A DNA stretch of 64,000 nucleotides. Origin: a virus. The notes beneath the pieces were generated by a model. That model did no database searches. It was given only the letters and a program-made list of their open reading frames with translations, and had not been told where the DNA came from. Shown in pieces: positions 36,652 to 47,183 of this stretch (its first letter is position 1; every line of letters starts with the position of its first letter). The stretch lies in IMG/VR virus record IMGVR_UViG_3300027804_000046, positions 72,550 through 136,549 of that record; one strand, written 5' to 3'. A program made the position numbers and the translations under genes.

Positions 36652-36864
36652 GTGGAGGTGTCAATGTTTAATTTATTCAAAGAAAGATTTAAAATATCAG
36701 AACAGAGACTTGAAATCTGTAGGAAATGTGATAAGTTTAATCCTATAAACTCACAGTGCGCCGAATGTGGTTGCTTTATGGACTACAAAACTTTACTACC
36801 CTACGTCTCTTGCCCATTGGATAAGTGGAAGGCCATTGAATCTGAGGAAGAGATAAATAAGTAA
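36652..36864 (+). CDS. Small Cys-rich protein (DUF6171-like)
   Basis: RLEICRKC...CAECGCFM...CPLDKW. Confidence 0.65.
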   Translation: MEVSMFNLFKERFKISEQRLEICRKCDKFNPINSQCAECGCFMDYKTLLPYVSCPLDKWKAIESEEEINK

Positions 36865-36879
36865 AAGCGGAGAAATAAT

Positions 36880-37602
36880 ATGGCTGGAGTTGCGGCAGAG
36901 AGACAAGAGACTGGCGTTGTTAATGCAATAAACAAGGCCGTAAAACAAAATAAAAACAAGCCAATTGTGGTTCAAGCCGGCGCAGTTAAAATATCAAACG
37001 TTTCTGGAGCCAAGAAATATACAGGAAGACAATCTAGTGGTTCTGAACCATATACAGATGTCATAATTTCAACAAAAAATAAGAAAGATGTAAATCTATC
37101 TCTGAAAGGTGAAGCGGCACCTTCACTAGCCGGTGGCGGAATGAGGGGTTTAGAGGCTATTATTCCTGGCATCGCTGGAAAATTCATGAAAGCCGCACAC
37201 AAAAAGTTGATAGATATGGGTGTACAAGAGGGCGATAAAGTTCCAGATGTTTATGGTAAGATATCAAGATTAAACAAAGAAAAGATTGTTGTCGGCACAA
37301 AAGCTATGGGTGGACCAATCGACTACATGTATATTGGACCAATGGATGTAAAATCAAATTATGATTCTAAAAAGAATATTCTAACTCTAAATGGTAATTT
37401 AACCGAATCTAAAGAGTATGCAAAAACTCATGATTTGTATTTCAGACTTAGGGCTAGAAGAGAGGATCAGACGTTTGATCCAGATGCAGAACAGGGCGGT
37501 ATTCCAAAAATATATGGACGCTCTCCGTCTAGAGGCGATAGTGCAGGTAGAATAGTCATAACAGACAGTGTTCCCAGAAACGCAGTAATAGTGGAAGTAT
37601 AA
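36880..37602 (+). CDS. Hypothetical protein, possible PD-(D/E)XK nuclease fold
   Basis: ERQE...YTDV...NLSLKG spacing. Confidence 0.45.
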   Translation: MAGVAAERQETGVVNAINKAVKQNKNKPIVVQAGAVKISNVSGAKKYTGRQSSGSEPYTDVIISTKNKKDVNLSLKGEAAPSLAGGGMRGLEAIIPGIAGKFMKAAHKKLIDMGVQEGDKVPDVYGKISRLNKEKIVVGTKAMGGPIDYMYIGPMDVKSNYDSKKNILTLNGNLTESKEYAKTHDLYFRLRARREDQTFDPDAEQGGIPKIYGRSPSRGDSAGRIVITDSVPRNAVIVEV

Positions 37603-38837
37603 TGATACTATATCAAGATTATCTATTAGAATCAAAAGAAGGCAAAAACCTTCACTTAGAACACCTAGAAGACGAGGTACTCAATGGAGGAGTTTCTGGC
37701 ACAAGAGGTGCTATATCCTTTTTACAGTCTCTTCGTGATATGCTTTCTGGTCATGCTTCTGGTAAAACTCTAAATCTCACAACTAAGTGGGATGGTGCAC
37801 CAGCCATATTTGCTGGTATTAATCCAGAGAATGGAAAATTCTTTGTGGGCACCAAAGGCGTGTTTGCAAAGAATGCAAAGTTGAACTATACGAACAATGA
37901 CGTTGACAACAATCATCCTGGCGAAGGTCTAAACAGGAAACTAAAGATTGCTCTACAATATCTTCCTGAACTTGATATCGATGGCGTATTGCAAGGCGAT
38001 ATGATGTTTACCAAAGAAGATTTGAAGTCTGAAAAGATTGATGGAAAAGAATATATTACTTTTCAGCCAAATACAATCGTATATACTGTGCCAGCAGATT
38101 CTTCACTTGCAAAACAAATCAAATCTGCTAAAATGGGCATAGTGTGGCATACGACTTATTCCGGTAATAGAATGGAAGATATGAAAGCATCGTTTGGTGC
38201 TGACGTTGGAAATCTTAGACAGACAAAGAATGTCTGGTTCCGTGACGCTTCTTTTGTTGATGCATCCGGTACAGCAACGTTTACTGTATCAGAAACGGCT
38301 GAACTGAATAGCATTCTATCCCAAGCAGGCACACTGTTCAGAACAATCTCAGCACGAACACTAAATGAGATTGCAACAAACGACACTTATAAAATCCAAA
38401 TCAAAGCATGGAATAATTCCAAAGTTCGTGAAGGCCAAGAGATTACTAATACTACTGCTCACGTTCAAGGTCTCATTCTAGAAGTCGAGAGAAAGTTGAA
38501 CAAGAACATTACCGATGCGAAGAAGGCCGACACAAAGGTTAAGAGACAGCAAGAAAAGAATATCGTGATGCGTTTTTATACCAGCAATAAGAATGAATTG
38601 AAGAAGATATTTGATTTACAAAACTTGCTAACAAAAGCAAAGAATATGATTGTCAAGAAACTCCAGACAGTTAGAGATTCTTTAGGTACTTATCTTCGAA
38701 TTGATTCAACTGGATTGAAAGTTACAGCGCCAGAAGGTTTTGTTGCTATTGACCGTGTGGGCAAAGCAGTCAAATTAGTTGACAGATTGGAATTCTCACA
38801 AGCCAACTTTAACGCTACTAAGAACTGGTCATCATGA
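37602..38837 (+). CDS. DUF6267-like protein with ligase-type nucleotidyltransferase motifs
   Basis: HLEHLED, TTKWDGAPA (KxDG), QGDMM, PEGFVA, VKLVDR. Confidence 0.65.
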   Translation: MILYQDYLLESKEGKNLHLEHLEDEVLNGGVSGTRGAISFLQSLRDMLSGHASGKTLNLTTKWDGAPAIFAGINPENGKFFVGTKGVFAKNAKLNYTNNDVDNNHPGEGLNRKLKIALQYLPELDIDGVLQGDMMFTKEDLKSEKIDGKEYITFQPNTIVYTVPADSSLAKQIKSAKMGIVWHTTYSGNRMEDMKASFGADVGNLRQTKNVWFRDASFVDASGTATFTVSETAELNSILSQAGTLFRTISARTLNEIATNDTYKIQIKAWNNSKVREGQEITNTTAHVQGLILEVERKLNKNITDAKKADTKVKRQQEKNIVMRFYTSNKNELKKIFDLQNLLTKAKNMIVKKLQTVRDSLGTYLRIDSTGLKVTAPEGFVAIDRVGKAVKLVDRLEFSQANFNATKNWSS

Positions 38838-39493
38838 ACAAAGAAATCCGTACATTAAATGTGTGGGATATCGATGACACTCTTGGTCGAACATCGGCCA
38901 GAGTTGGTGTTGTCAAGGACGGAAAGATAGTAAAGATACTAGAACCTGGCGAGTTCAATTCTTACAAACTGGCGCCAGACGAAAAGTTTGACTTTGCTCA
39001 GTTTAGGTCAGGTAAAATCTTTCGTGATACATTCAAACCTATCCGTTCGGTTCTGAATAATGCAAAAAACATCGTCGCAAGACAGACAGAAAACTCACAT
39101 TCGATTATTCTTACTGCCCGAGCAGACTTTGATGACCATAAGGAGTTTCTACAGACGTTTCGTGACCATGGATTTCCGATTGATAAAGTCTATGTAGAAC
39201 GTGCAGGTAATGTCTCAAAGTCTGGACCCGCCCACATCAACAAAGGTGTCATTCTCAAGAGATATCTAAAGACTGGTAAGTTTGACCGTGTTCGCATGTG
39301 GGATGACCACGAAAAGAACTTAGATATGCTATTCAAAGTTGCATCTCTTTATCCGAACGTGGAAGCAGTGGGTTATCTGGTAAAAGATGGTAGAGTGTCC
39401 AAATATACTCCAAATGCTAAAGTCAAGACCATCGCTGAAGAAATCACTTCAGTTGTGCGTGAAACCCTCAAAAGAAAGAAATATGAGATATGA
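38834..39493 (+). CDS. HAD-family phosphatase (PNKP phosphatase-like)
   Basis: WDIDDTL, ILTAR, MWDD. Confidence 0.7.
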   Translation: MNKEIRTLNVWDIDDTLGRTSARVGVVKDGKIVKILEPGEFNSYKLAPDEKFDFAQFRSGKIFRDTFKPIRSVLNNAKNIVARQTENSHSIILTARADFDDHKEFLQTFRDHGFPIDKVYVERAGNVSKSGPAHINKGVILKRYLKTGKFDRVRMWDDHEKNLDMLFKVASLYPNVEAVGYLVKDGRVSKYTPNAKVKTIAEEITSVVRETLKRKKYEI

Positions 39494-39671
39494 CATGGGA
39501 AAGAGAAATAGCCAATGCTATATGGCTAAAGTTGAAGGGTAAATCTGTTCCTGAATCATATTCTGAGAAGGAATGTCAGGACATACTGAAAAAGTATTGG
39601 CACAAGGCCATGGAGTCAGAACAATAAAACACTAAATACCTCTATAAGTTAATGTTCCTATAGAGGGAATA

Positions 39672-42600
39672 ATGAAAGTTTTAGCAGTATATCCAGGGCG
39701 TTTTCAGCCCTTTCATAAAGGCCATGCACAGGTCTATAAATGGCTCAAGTCAAAGTTCGGCGATGCAGTCATTGCCACATCTGATAAAGTAGAATTACCT
39801 AAGAGTCCATTCAATTTCAAAGAAAAAGTCAAGATGATGACACTGGCTGGTGTCCCATCTAACAGTATCAAGCAAGTTACCAATCCCTACATCGCCAGAG
39901 AAATACTAAAAGACTACGATCCGAAGACGACGGTTTTAGTCTTTGCTGTGTCGCAAAAAGACATGGAAGAAGATCCACGTTTTTCATTCAAGCCAACCAA
40001 ATCTGGTAATCCAAGTTATCTTCAACCATATGCTGGCAATGAAAAGAAGTTGCAACCTTTCGGCGATACAACTATGCCAAAGGGTTATGTTATCGTCACT
40101 CCTACATTTACATTCGATGTTCTAGGCAAGCCAGCCACATCTGCTTCTGAACTTCGTAAGCAGTTTGTATCATTAGACAACGCAAAGCAGAAAGAGTTTG
40201 TCAAGGATTTGTTTGGCAAATATGATGTATCTGTGCATAAACTGTTGTCCGCTAAACTTCCAAAACCAAAAACATTAAAGCAATTAAAAGAAGAAATTAC
40301 ACGCAAAGAACTAGCGCCAATGCTGGATTCATTTGTGTCGTTCGCATCTGATAAACTTGGTCTAAAGTCTATGCCGACTGTCAGATACAAGACAGATGAT
40401 GATTCATACAATTCATTCGCAGCATATAATCCAGCATCAAACGAACTATCAATTTCTACGTTGAACAGACATCCGATGGATATATTCCGTTCTGTTGCTC
40501 ATGAACTTGTGCATCACAAGCAGAACGAAGATGGTCGGTTAGGTAAAGATATAGAGAAAGAAGGCGCAACTGGTTCTGACATTGAGAATGAAGCCAATTC
40601 AGAAGCCGGTAAGATTATGCGTTGGTTTGCTAAAGCCAATCCAGATATGTTCGGCAAATCTTATGTTGTCGAAACAAACACAGCAGCAATTGGTGGTGGT
40701 ATTCGCGGTCTAGGTAATGTGACAGGCGAAGTATCACCGACTGGTGTGTCGCAATACGTTATAACAAATCAGACATCTGGTCTTTGGTATGACGATGGTA
40801 TTGACAGATATTGGCTTGATAAAAAAGGATCAAGTGAATACCAAAAGAAAGCAACAAAAAGTTTTAAGTCGCTTAGAGAAAATCTAAACGAAGGCATAAA
40901 TGATCCAGGCAAACTCAAGGCTATCTTCTTGGCTGGTGGTCCAGGTTCTGGTAAAGACTATGTAATGAATTCCACTCTTGCGGGCGAGGGATTGAAAGAA
41001 ATCAACTCTGACGTTGCATTTGAGTATCTGATGCAGAAGAACGGTCTAGACCTTGAGATGCCAGATGAAGAAAGAGTTGAGCGCGACATCGTGCGCGGCC
41101 GCGCGAAGAACATCACGAAAGAACAAGAGCGTCTAGTCCTTGCAGGTCGTCTAGGTCTCATCATCAACGGCACAGCAGATGACTTAGAAAAAATCAAGAC
41201 AATCAAACAAAACTTGGAAGCAGACGGTTACGAAACCATGATGGTATTCGTAAACACTTCCAATGAAGTATCGCGTGAGCGTAACGTTGAACGCGGTAAG
41301 ATGGGTAAGCGTAAAGTTCCAGATGGCACAGATAAGCAAGGCGTGCCAGATAATTCTCCAAACATTCGTCAGCAGAAATGGGACTTAGCACAGAAGAATA
41401 TTGGCGAACTACAAAAGATTTTTGGTAACGATAAGTTTGCTGTCATTGATAACACAGCAGATGTTCGCAAAGTTGGACCAGAAGAAAAAGAAAAGATTCA
41501 GGCCAACTTCAATCGTATTCGTCGTATGGCTCAACAGTTTGTTCGCTCTGAAAATCAAAATCCAGCAGCAGCAAAATGGATTGAACGCGAAGCAAGAAAT
41601 CGTGGTATCACAGGATATCAAGAGCCAAAGAGATACAAGACACTTACTCAGATTAGACAGAATGTCGAAATGCCAAGTGTCATTCACAAGCCGGATAATG
41701 ATTTGATGAATCAAGCCAGAAGACTTGGTTTGTCTTATTATGGTTTTGGTAGATTTGGTCGTAAGATTAATGGTGTAAACAAAGTATTATATCACAGTCA
41801 AGGCGGCAAGTTAGTTAAGGTTCAGTTGAGTGAAGATTTAAGAAATTGGTTTAGTAAAACACATCCAGAGGGTAACTGGAAAAGAGTTGATACAAAAGGT
41901 AACATTAAAGGCGATTGTGCTAGAGAGCCGGGCGAAGGCAAACCAAAATGTATGCCAGCATCTAGAGCATATTCGATGAGTAAAAAAGAACGCGCTGCAT
42001 CAGCAAGAAGAAAGAGAAGAGAGGATCCCGTGGCAGATAGATCAGGTAAAGGCAATAAACCTATTATGGTCAAAACAGAGTCAGTTCAAAAAGCAATTGA
42101 CAAGATTAATCGTGATAGAATGTCAGAACAAGTTTTAATGGAAAAAAATAAACCAACTAATCCACAACTATGGTCAAAAGCTAAGTCTCTGGCAAGACAA
42201 AAGTTCGATGTATATCCATCAGCATATGCTAATGGTTGGGCAGCAAAGTGGTATAAGTCAAAAGGTGGTGGTTGGACATCTGTCAACGAAGAAAAGGGTA
42301 CATGCTGGGATGGTTATGAGCAAAAGGGCATGAAGAAGAAAGGCAATCGTATGGTACCTAACTGTGTACCAACAAACGAAGCATTTGAGCAGTTTGTTGC
42401 AGAAGCAAGAAAAATGTCTGCTTGGGAAAAAATTCGCACAGCAATGGAAAAGCAAGGAATTGATCTTGATGCTAAAGCATTAGAAGCCGAAAAATCTAGA
42501 GAAGAATTGAAACGTAGCGCAGACAAGTTGAAGCAAGAGGCTATGGAAGCATCTGTACAGGGCGGCTACGCTTTCGGCGCTGACGGCATCGGCCCAACGA

Positions 42601-43193
42601 TTGGTGTTCCTCGTGCTGGCACTCCATACGGATTCGGTTACGGTTCAGCATATTCAATGGGTCTATCCGAGAGCATTCAGAATTGGATGTCAAAGGAATC
42701 AACTCAGCAAAAGTATATGGAAAAATATGGCGAGTTGTGGGAAGAAAAGTTGGTAGAGACAGCATTAAAACTAGAGAATGCTGGCTGCGGTTGTGAACAC
42801 AGCGAAGAAAAGAAATCGGTAAAGAAACTTCGTGAAGGAATGGAAGGCGGAGTCAATAACATGAGTCCTATTCCAACACAACGTAAAGGTAATCAAGAAG
42901 TTGATGAAGAAAAGTCTCCTGCATGGACTCGCAAAGAGGGACAAAATCCAAAAGGCGGACTAAATCGTAGGGGTATTGAATCTTACCGCCGTGCTAATCC
43001 AGGATCAAAACTCTCTATGGCCGTGACAACAAAGCCATCTAAGTTAAAGAAGGGAAGCAAAGCAGCTAACCGCCGTAAGTCATTCTGTGCTCGTATGGGA
43101 GGAATGAAGAAGCGTCTAACTTCTGCAAAGACAGCCCGAGACCCAAATTCACGTATCAATAAAGCCCTTCGTAAATGGAATTGCGAAGAATAA
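39672..43193 (+). CDS. Large multidomain late protein: HxGH nucleotidyltransferase, HEXXH domain, P-loop (zeta/PNK-like) kinase, small basic domains
   Basis: PGRFQPFHKGH; AHELVHHKQ; LAGGPGSGKD; FDVYPSAYANGW; RRKSFCARM...RKWNC. Confidence 0.75.
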   Translation: MKVLAVYPGRFQPFHKGHAQVYKWLKSKFGDAVIATSDKVELPKSPFNFKEKVKMMTLAGVPSNSIKQVTNPYIAREILKDYDPKTTVLVFAVSQKDMEEDPRFSFKPTKSGNPSYLQPYAGNEKKLQPFGDTTMPKGYVIVTPTFTFDVLGKPATSASELRKQFVSLDNAKQKEFVKDLFGKYDVSVHKLLSAKLPKPKTLKQLKEEITRKELAPMLDSFVSFASDKLGLKSMPTVRYKTDDDSYNSFAAYNPASNELSISTLNRHPMDIFRSVAHELVHHKQNEDGRLGKDIEKEGATGSDIENEANSEAGKIMRWFAKANPDMFGKSYVVETNTAAIGGGIRGLGNVTGEVSPTGVSQYVITNQTSGLWYDDGIDRYWLDKKGSSEYQKKATKSFKSLRENLNEGINDPGKLKAIFLAGGPGSGKDYVMNSTLAGEGLKEINSDVAFEYLMQKNGLDLEMPDEERVERDIVRGRAKNITKEQERLVLAGRLGLIINGTADDLEKIKTIKQNLEADGYETMMVFVNTSNEVSRERNVERGKMGKRKVPDGTDKQGVPDNSPNIRQQKWDLAQKNIGELQKIFGNDKFAVIDNTADVRKVGPEEKEKIQANFNRIRRMAQQFVRSENQNPAAAKWIEREARNRGITGYQEPKRYKTLTQIRQNVEMPSVIHKPDNDLMNQARRLGLSYYGFGRFGRKINGVNKVLYHSQGGKLVKVQLSEDLRNWFSKTHPEGNWKRVDTKGNIKGDCAREPGEGKPKCMPASRAYSMSKKERAASARRKRREDPVADRSGKGNKPIMVKTESVQKAIDKINRDRMSEQVLMEKNKPTNPQLWSKAKSLARQKFDVYPSAYANGWAAKWYKSKGGGWTSVNEEKGTCWDGYEQKGMKKKGNRMVPNCVPTNEAFEQFVAEARKMSAWEKIRTAMEKQGIDLDAKALEAEKSREELKRSADKLKQEAMEASVQGGYAFGADGIGPTIGVPRAGTPYGFGYGSAYSMGLSESIQNWMSKESTQQKYMEKYGELWEEKLVETALKLENAGCGCEHSEEKKSVKKLREGMEGGVNNMSPIPTQRKGNQEVDEEKSPAWTRKEGQNPKGGLNRRGIESYRRANPGSKLSMAVTTKPSKLKKGSKAANRRKSFCARMGGMKKRLTSAKTARDPNSRINKALRKWNCEE

Positions 43194-43235
43194 GATTTAG
43201 ATAAATATAGATAAACTCCATAGAGGACAACTAAA

Positions 43236-44942
43236 ATGCTTAACAAAAACGATCCATTAATTGGCGCAGTCCAAGAAGTGATGAAAAAGAATCAGGCTGA
43301 GCGTGATGCTGTCAGACTGGTAAATGAAAAGTTTGGTGTAACAGACCGTAAGGCTCTTCCACATGAACGTCAGGGCGAATGGGATGCTGCATATAAGACA
43401 GTATTGACAGAAGGTGTAGAAACACTTAATGAATTGTCTCCAGAAACTTTAGAAAACTATAAAGATAAGCGTAAAACGCAAGTTCACGCAACACTTAGAA
43501 ATATGAAGGACTGGCAACTAAAAAAAACACCTCAAGGCGCATCAGACTTCATTATAAATTCGGCAAAAAAAGCAGCTAAACATGCAAAGATGATAAAGTT
43601 GGCAGGCGATAAGATTGACGGTAAGAAAGGTGTTGTTCCTGCTAATAGACCTAAAAAAAGATTAGAAGAAGAAGAACTTGATGAAAAAAAGATAAAGATG
43701 TATGGTATACCAAATAAGGTAAAGCCTAAAAGAGGACCTTTAGGACCTAGAGATATAAATGCAATACGTGTTACTAATGATCTTTTCAGAAGAATGGAAG
43801 CCCTTAAAAAGGGCAACGTTAAAGCTGCTGGAAATGTAACAAAAGCGCAAATTAAAAAAATGCAGAGTGAAGAAGCACTTGATGAAAAGCTAGTAGGCAA
43901 TCAACATAGAATTGATGCCAATAAAAATGGTAGAGTTGACGGTCACGATTTCAAGCTTCTTAAAAAGGGCGTTCGTCCTGTATCAGAAGGTGAAGCACCT
44001 AAAACTGATCCATATGCAGAAGGTCAAGCATCTTCTATTTCCACAGTTTCTCAGCCAAAGAAAGAAGTAACTCCTGCTGATCAGTCTGCTTTGAAGAAGA
44101 AGATTATGAGCATCAAGGAAGCTAAATCTAATGCTTATGCAGTTGGTATGGCTGCGGTAAAGAAGTCTACTGGTGATGAGCCACCAATGAAAAAGAAAAA
44201 TATCATGAAGGCACATAAGATTGCAAAAAAGATTATTGCTAAGAAAAAGATGGACGAGGGTTTTAATAACCGCCACAATTCGAGCGTAAAAGCTTCTGTT
44301 GAAGAACAGGTTGTGGCGGAGATTGCAGCTTATCCAGGAACTCCAGCAGGTTTTGCGGCATCTTCATCAAGTATGCAGGCAGCCGAAAGACAGAGAAGAA
44401 TGGGTGAGCGCCGTTCAGAACTTATTGCTCAAAGACAGCAAGGTGGTGATGTTGCACCAAAACCTCAACCAAATATGACACTACAAAGACAGCAGTCAGG
44501 TGATGTTGCACCAAGACCACAATCTAGTGTAGCTCTACAAAGACAACAATCAGGTGATGTTGCTCCAAGACCACAAGGACAAGCAAGTCCAATGATGGGT
44601 CAAGGCACAAGCAAGTCAAGTGTTAAACCAAATGCACCTGGTGTTGATAGAGGTAGAGCATTACAAGCTCAAAAATCTGCTAGTGCATTAGGTGGATTTG
44701 GTGCAGACAAAACACTGAAGGCTGCGCCAACAACATCTACCGCAACTAAATCAGCAACATCAAAAAAACCGATCTCAGCAGCACCAACCTTAAAACCAAT
44801 GAGAACAGCAGGAGCATCGACAAAAGATGCAACTTTGATGGCCAGAGCACAAGCAGATGGTGGTCAAAAACTATCTCAAACATTTAAAAGTGGTGGAGAT
44901 AAATTAAATTATTTAAGAGCAAGAGCGCAGGCAAACAAATAA
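43236..44942 (+). CDS. Lys/Ala-rich putative internal head protein
   Basis: Repeated LxE sites, EF-hand-like DANKNGRVDGHD, low-complexity tail. Confidence 0.55.
   Translation: MLNKNDPLIGAVQEVMKKNQAERDAVRLVNEKFGVTDRKALPHERQGEWDAAYKTVLTEGVETLNELSPETLENYKDKRKTQVHATLRNMKDWQLKKTPQGASDFIINSAKKAAKHAKMIKLAGDKIDGKKGVVPANRPKKRLEEEELDEKKIKMYGIPNKVKPKRGPLGPRDINAIRVTNDLFRRMEALKKGNVKAAGNVTKAQIKKMQSEEALDEKLVGNQHRIDANKNGRVDGHDFKLLKKGVRPVSEGEAPKTDPYAEGQASSISTVSQPKKEVTPADQSALKKKIMSIKEAKSNAYAVGMAAVKKSTGDEPPMKKKNIMKAHKIAKKIIAKKKMDEGFNNRHNSSVKASVEEQVVAEIAAYPGTPAGFAASSSSMQAAERQRRMGERRSELIAQRQQGGDVAPKPQPNMTLQRQQSGDVAPRPQSSVALQRQQSGDVAPRPQGQASPMMGQGTSKSSVKPNAPGVDRGRALQAQKSASALGGFGADKTLKAAPTTSTATKSATSKKPISAAPTLKPMRTAGASTKDATLMARAQADGGQKLSQTFKSGGDKLNYLRARAQANK
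44430..44582 (+). repeat. Three coding tandem repeats, 54-nt period (QRQQxGDVAPxPQ)
   Basis: Copies start at 44430, 44484 and 44538. Confidence 0.85.
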
Positions 44943-45352
44943 TGAACACTAAACAATTAGCGGAAATGATTAAAAAGTTCCGCAAAATAAAAATGGAACA
45001 AAAGTTGATCGGTTCTGGTGGTTCATATATGGGTGCTGGAGCCGACATACAAGATCCTGCAAGTCCAAACAGACGACCAGGATCAGCAACTAAAGAAATT
45101 CATCACGGTGTAGTGAAAGAAGACGAACTGAATGAGTTTCAATCAGGATCAATGGTAGGTTCTAATGTTCATAAAGCAACTTTAGGCAAAACAGAAACAA
45201 GAGCATCTGCGATGAAGTATCGTAGCAAACCATTAAGCTCTAGACAAAACTCAAGATACAGACTTGGAGAAGATAAGAAATCTTCCAATACCAAGTCAAC
45301 AATAATAAATACTACACCAGAACAAGATTCGGCTATGATAGGCACTCAATAA
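44942..45352 (+). CDS. Hypothetical protein
   Basis: TAATG coupling. Confidence 0.5.
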   Translation: MNTKQLAEMIKKFRKIKMEQKLIGSGGSYMGAGADIQDPASPNRRPGSATKEIHHGVVKEDELNEFQSGSMVGSNVHKATLGKTETRASAMKYRSKPLSSRQNSRYRLGEDKKSSNTKSTIINTTPEQDSAMIGTQ

Positions 45353-45363
45353 GGAGAAAGTAA

Positions 45364-45954
45364 ATGTCACTTTGGACAAATCTAGACGGCATCACAGGCA
45401 ACGGTAAGCCTTTATATGCCAACACAACATATAGAGTTTCAAACTCTACAATCAACGGCAGTAAGGCCAACACAGCAAAGTATTACGGTGCTGTATACGG
45501 TGTGTCTGCAACAGAAGCAGCCAATACACTTGTAGACGGTAAGAAAGTTGCTCACGCTGGTTGGGTATCACAGAAGATTGGCACAGGTCCAATCAAATCA
45601 ATCTCAATCACAAGCGGTGGTCAGGGATACAATTCTGCTGGCTTCTTGACAATCAGTGGTGGCGGTGATGGAACAGTTAATGTTTCATACACAATTGCCA
45701 ACTCACTAAACACAATGCAATCATATTCATCTAATGCTCGACAGAACGTAATTGCAACAGTAACCATCGTAAGTGGTGGTGCTGGATTCAACGTTGCTCC
45801 TACAGTTATTGCTGGCGGTGCTAATATTACACCAGCAACGTTCTCAGTAACACTTGGTGGTCGCGCAGGCCGCGTTCAGTACGAAACCCTAGTTGCTATG
45901 GGTTCTATTACTGGTGACGATCCAGGCGACGATAAGTATTTCCCAGGCACCTAA
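45364..45954 (+). CDS. Putative virion structural protein
   Basis: AHAGWV...GRVQYETLVAMGSI motif of T4-like virion proteins; Gly/Thr-rich. Confidence 0.6.
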   Translation: MSLWTNLDGITGNGKPLYANTTYRVSNSTINGSKANTAKYYGAVYGVSATEAANTLVDGKKVAHAGWVSQKIGTGPIKSISITSGGQGYNSAGFLTISGGGDGTVNVSYTIANSLNTMQSYSSNARQNVIATVTIVSGGAGFNVAPTVIAGGANITPATFSVTLGGRAGRVQYETLVAMGSITGDDPGDDKYFPGT

Positions 45955-45976
45955 TAGAAAGAAATGGCGGTAACCA

Positions 45977-46771
45977 ATGAAGAGATTTAATGAATATCTA
46001 GCAGAAGATTTTGACCCTGCGATATACAATCATGATGGTGGTATTTCCATTGATGATCCAACAGTAGTTGATGCTATCAATTCAAACTTGGAAGTAACAA
46101 CTGCTAATGTGTTTCGCACTCCATACAACGCATTGGAGGATGTTAGAAAGGTTCTTGAATACTACAAAATCTTTCTCCCTAAGGCAATCTTTCTAGATCA
46201 AAATCACGGTAATGATGTTTTTGAAATCTCTCAGTTTGGTGAAAAGATGGGAATAAACGATCAGGGAGAAGTCGTAACCGCCAGCGACTCTCCACTGTTC
46301 GTATATTTTGAATGGTCACTAAATGACGAAGGTATGTTTGATGTCTTCGCTAGTGTAGTAAATGAAGACGAACTGAACGAAATCATGGCCGACTTTGATT
46401 CAGAAGTGGAAGATGATGAGACAGACCTTACGGAAGAGCGTTCTATGGGTGGTGTATCCAAGATGCTTTACAAGTTAGTCAATAAGATGAAGTCTGAAAA
46501 GCAATCAAATGATGTTGATGATTATATTGAGCATGAAAAGCAGGGTAAGACATTCACACAGATGAATGAAGAACCTATGCCTAATCTCAAGAAGAAGATG
46601 GGTGCAAAGAAGGTAACACTTTCTAATATGATGAAGAAGGAAGAAAATGAACCATTTGTTCCTCCTTTTGTTCAGAAAGGAAAAGAAAAAGTTAATCCTG
46701 ACCGCCGCGCTTCAACAATTTCAGCTAAGGCTAAGAAACAAACTAAGAAAATGATTCGTAAAAAGAAATAA
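45977..46771 (+). CDS. Hypothetical protein with capsid-targeting-like N-terminus
   Basis: MKRFNEYLAE resembles T4 internal-protein leader MKTYQEFIAE. Confidence 0.55.
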   Translation: MKRFNEYLAEDFDPAIYNHDGGISIDDPTVVDAINSNLEVTTANVFRTPYNALEDVRKVLEYYKIFLPKAIFLDQNHGNDVFEISQFGEKMGINDQGEVVTASDSPLFVYFEWSLNDEGMFDVFASVVNEDELNEIMADFDSEVEDDETDLTEERSMGGVSKMLYKLVNKMKSEKQSNDVDDYIEHEKQGKTFTQMNEEPMPNLKKKMGAKKVTLSNMMKKEENEPFVPPFVQKGKEKVNPDRRASTISAKAKKQTKKMIRKKK

Positions 46772-47157
46772 TGATTGATGATTTAAATGATGAGAACTTC
46801 ATGATATATGCCATGAAGTGCTATGATTCTCCTAACTGTATAATGAGTGAATTTGAGGAAGACTTAAAGCGTATTAAGTATATAAAGAGACTTATCAAGA
46901 GGTATAAAACAACTGGAGAACTAAAAGAGAGGCTGATACTAAATCACATTATCATCCTCTCTAATGTTTTTGGAACTAGAAATGCTGTTAGAATGTTGTT
47001 CTTTAAACTAGATGAACAAGACTATCAGATACTAAAAACGTTTCTAATGTTTCTTGATTATATGCCAGACTATATTACAGGCATCAGAGGTAAAGACATT
47101 TGGTCAAGAAACATCTCAGTTGACTTGTTTGTTGGAAAGAGACTAAGAGATATATAG
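46771..47157 (+). CDS. Conserved T4-like hypothetical protein
   Basis: EFEEDLKRIKYIKRL...KERLILNHII. Confidence 0.7.
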   Translation: MIDDLNDENFMIYAMKCYDSPNCIMSEFEEDLKRIKYIKRLIKRYKTTGELKERLILNHIIILSNVFGTRNAVRMLFFKLDEQDYQILKTFLMFLDYMPDYITGIRGKDIWSRNISVDLFVGKRLRDI

Positions 47158-47183
47158 GTATTCATATCATAGCGGACATAGCC

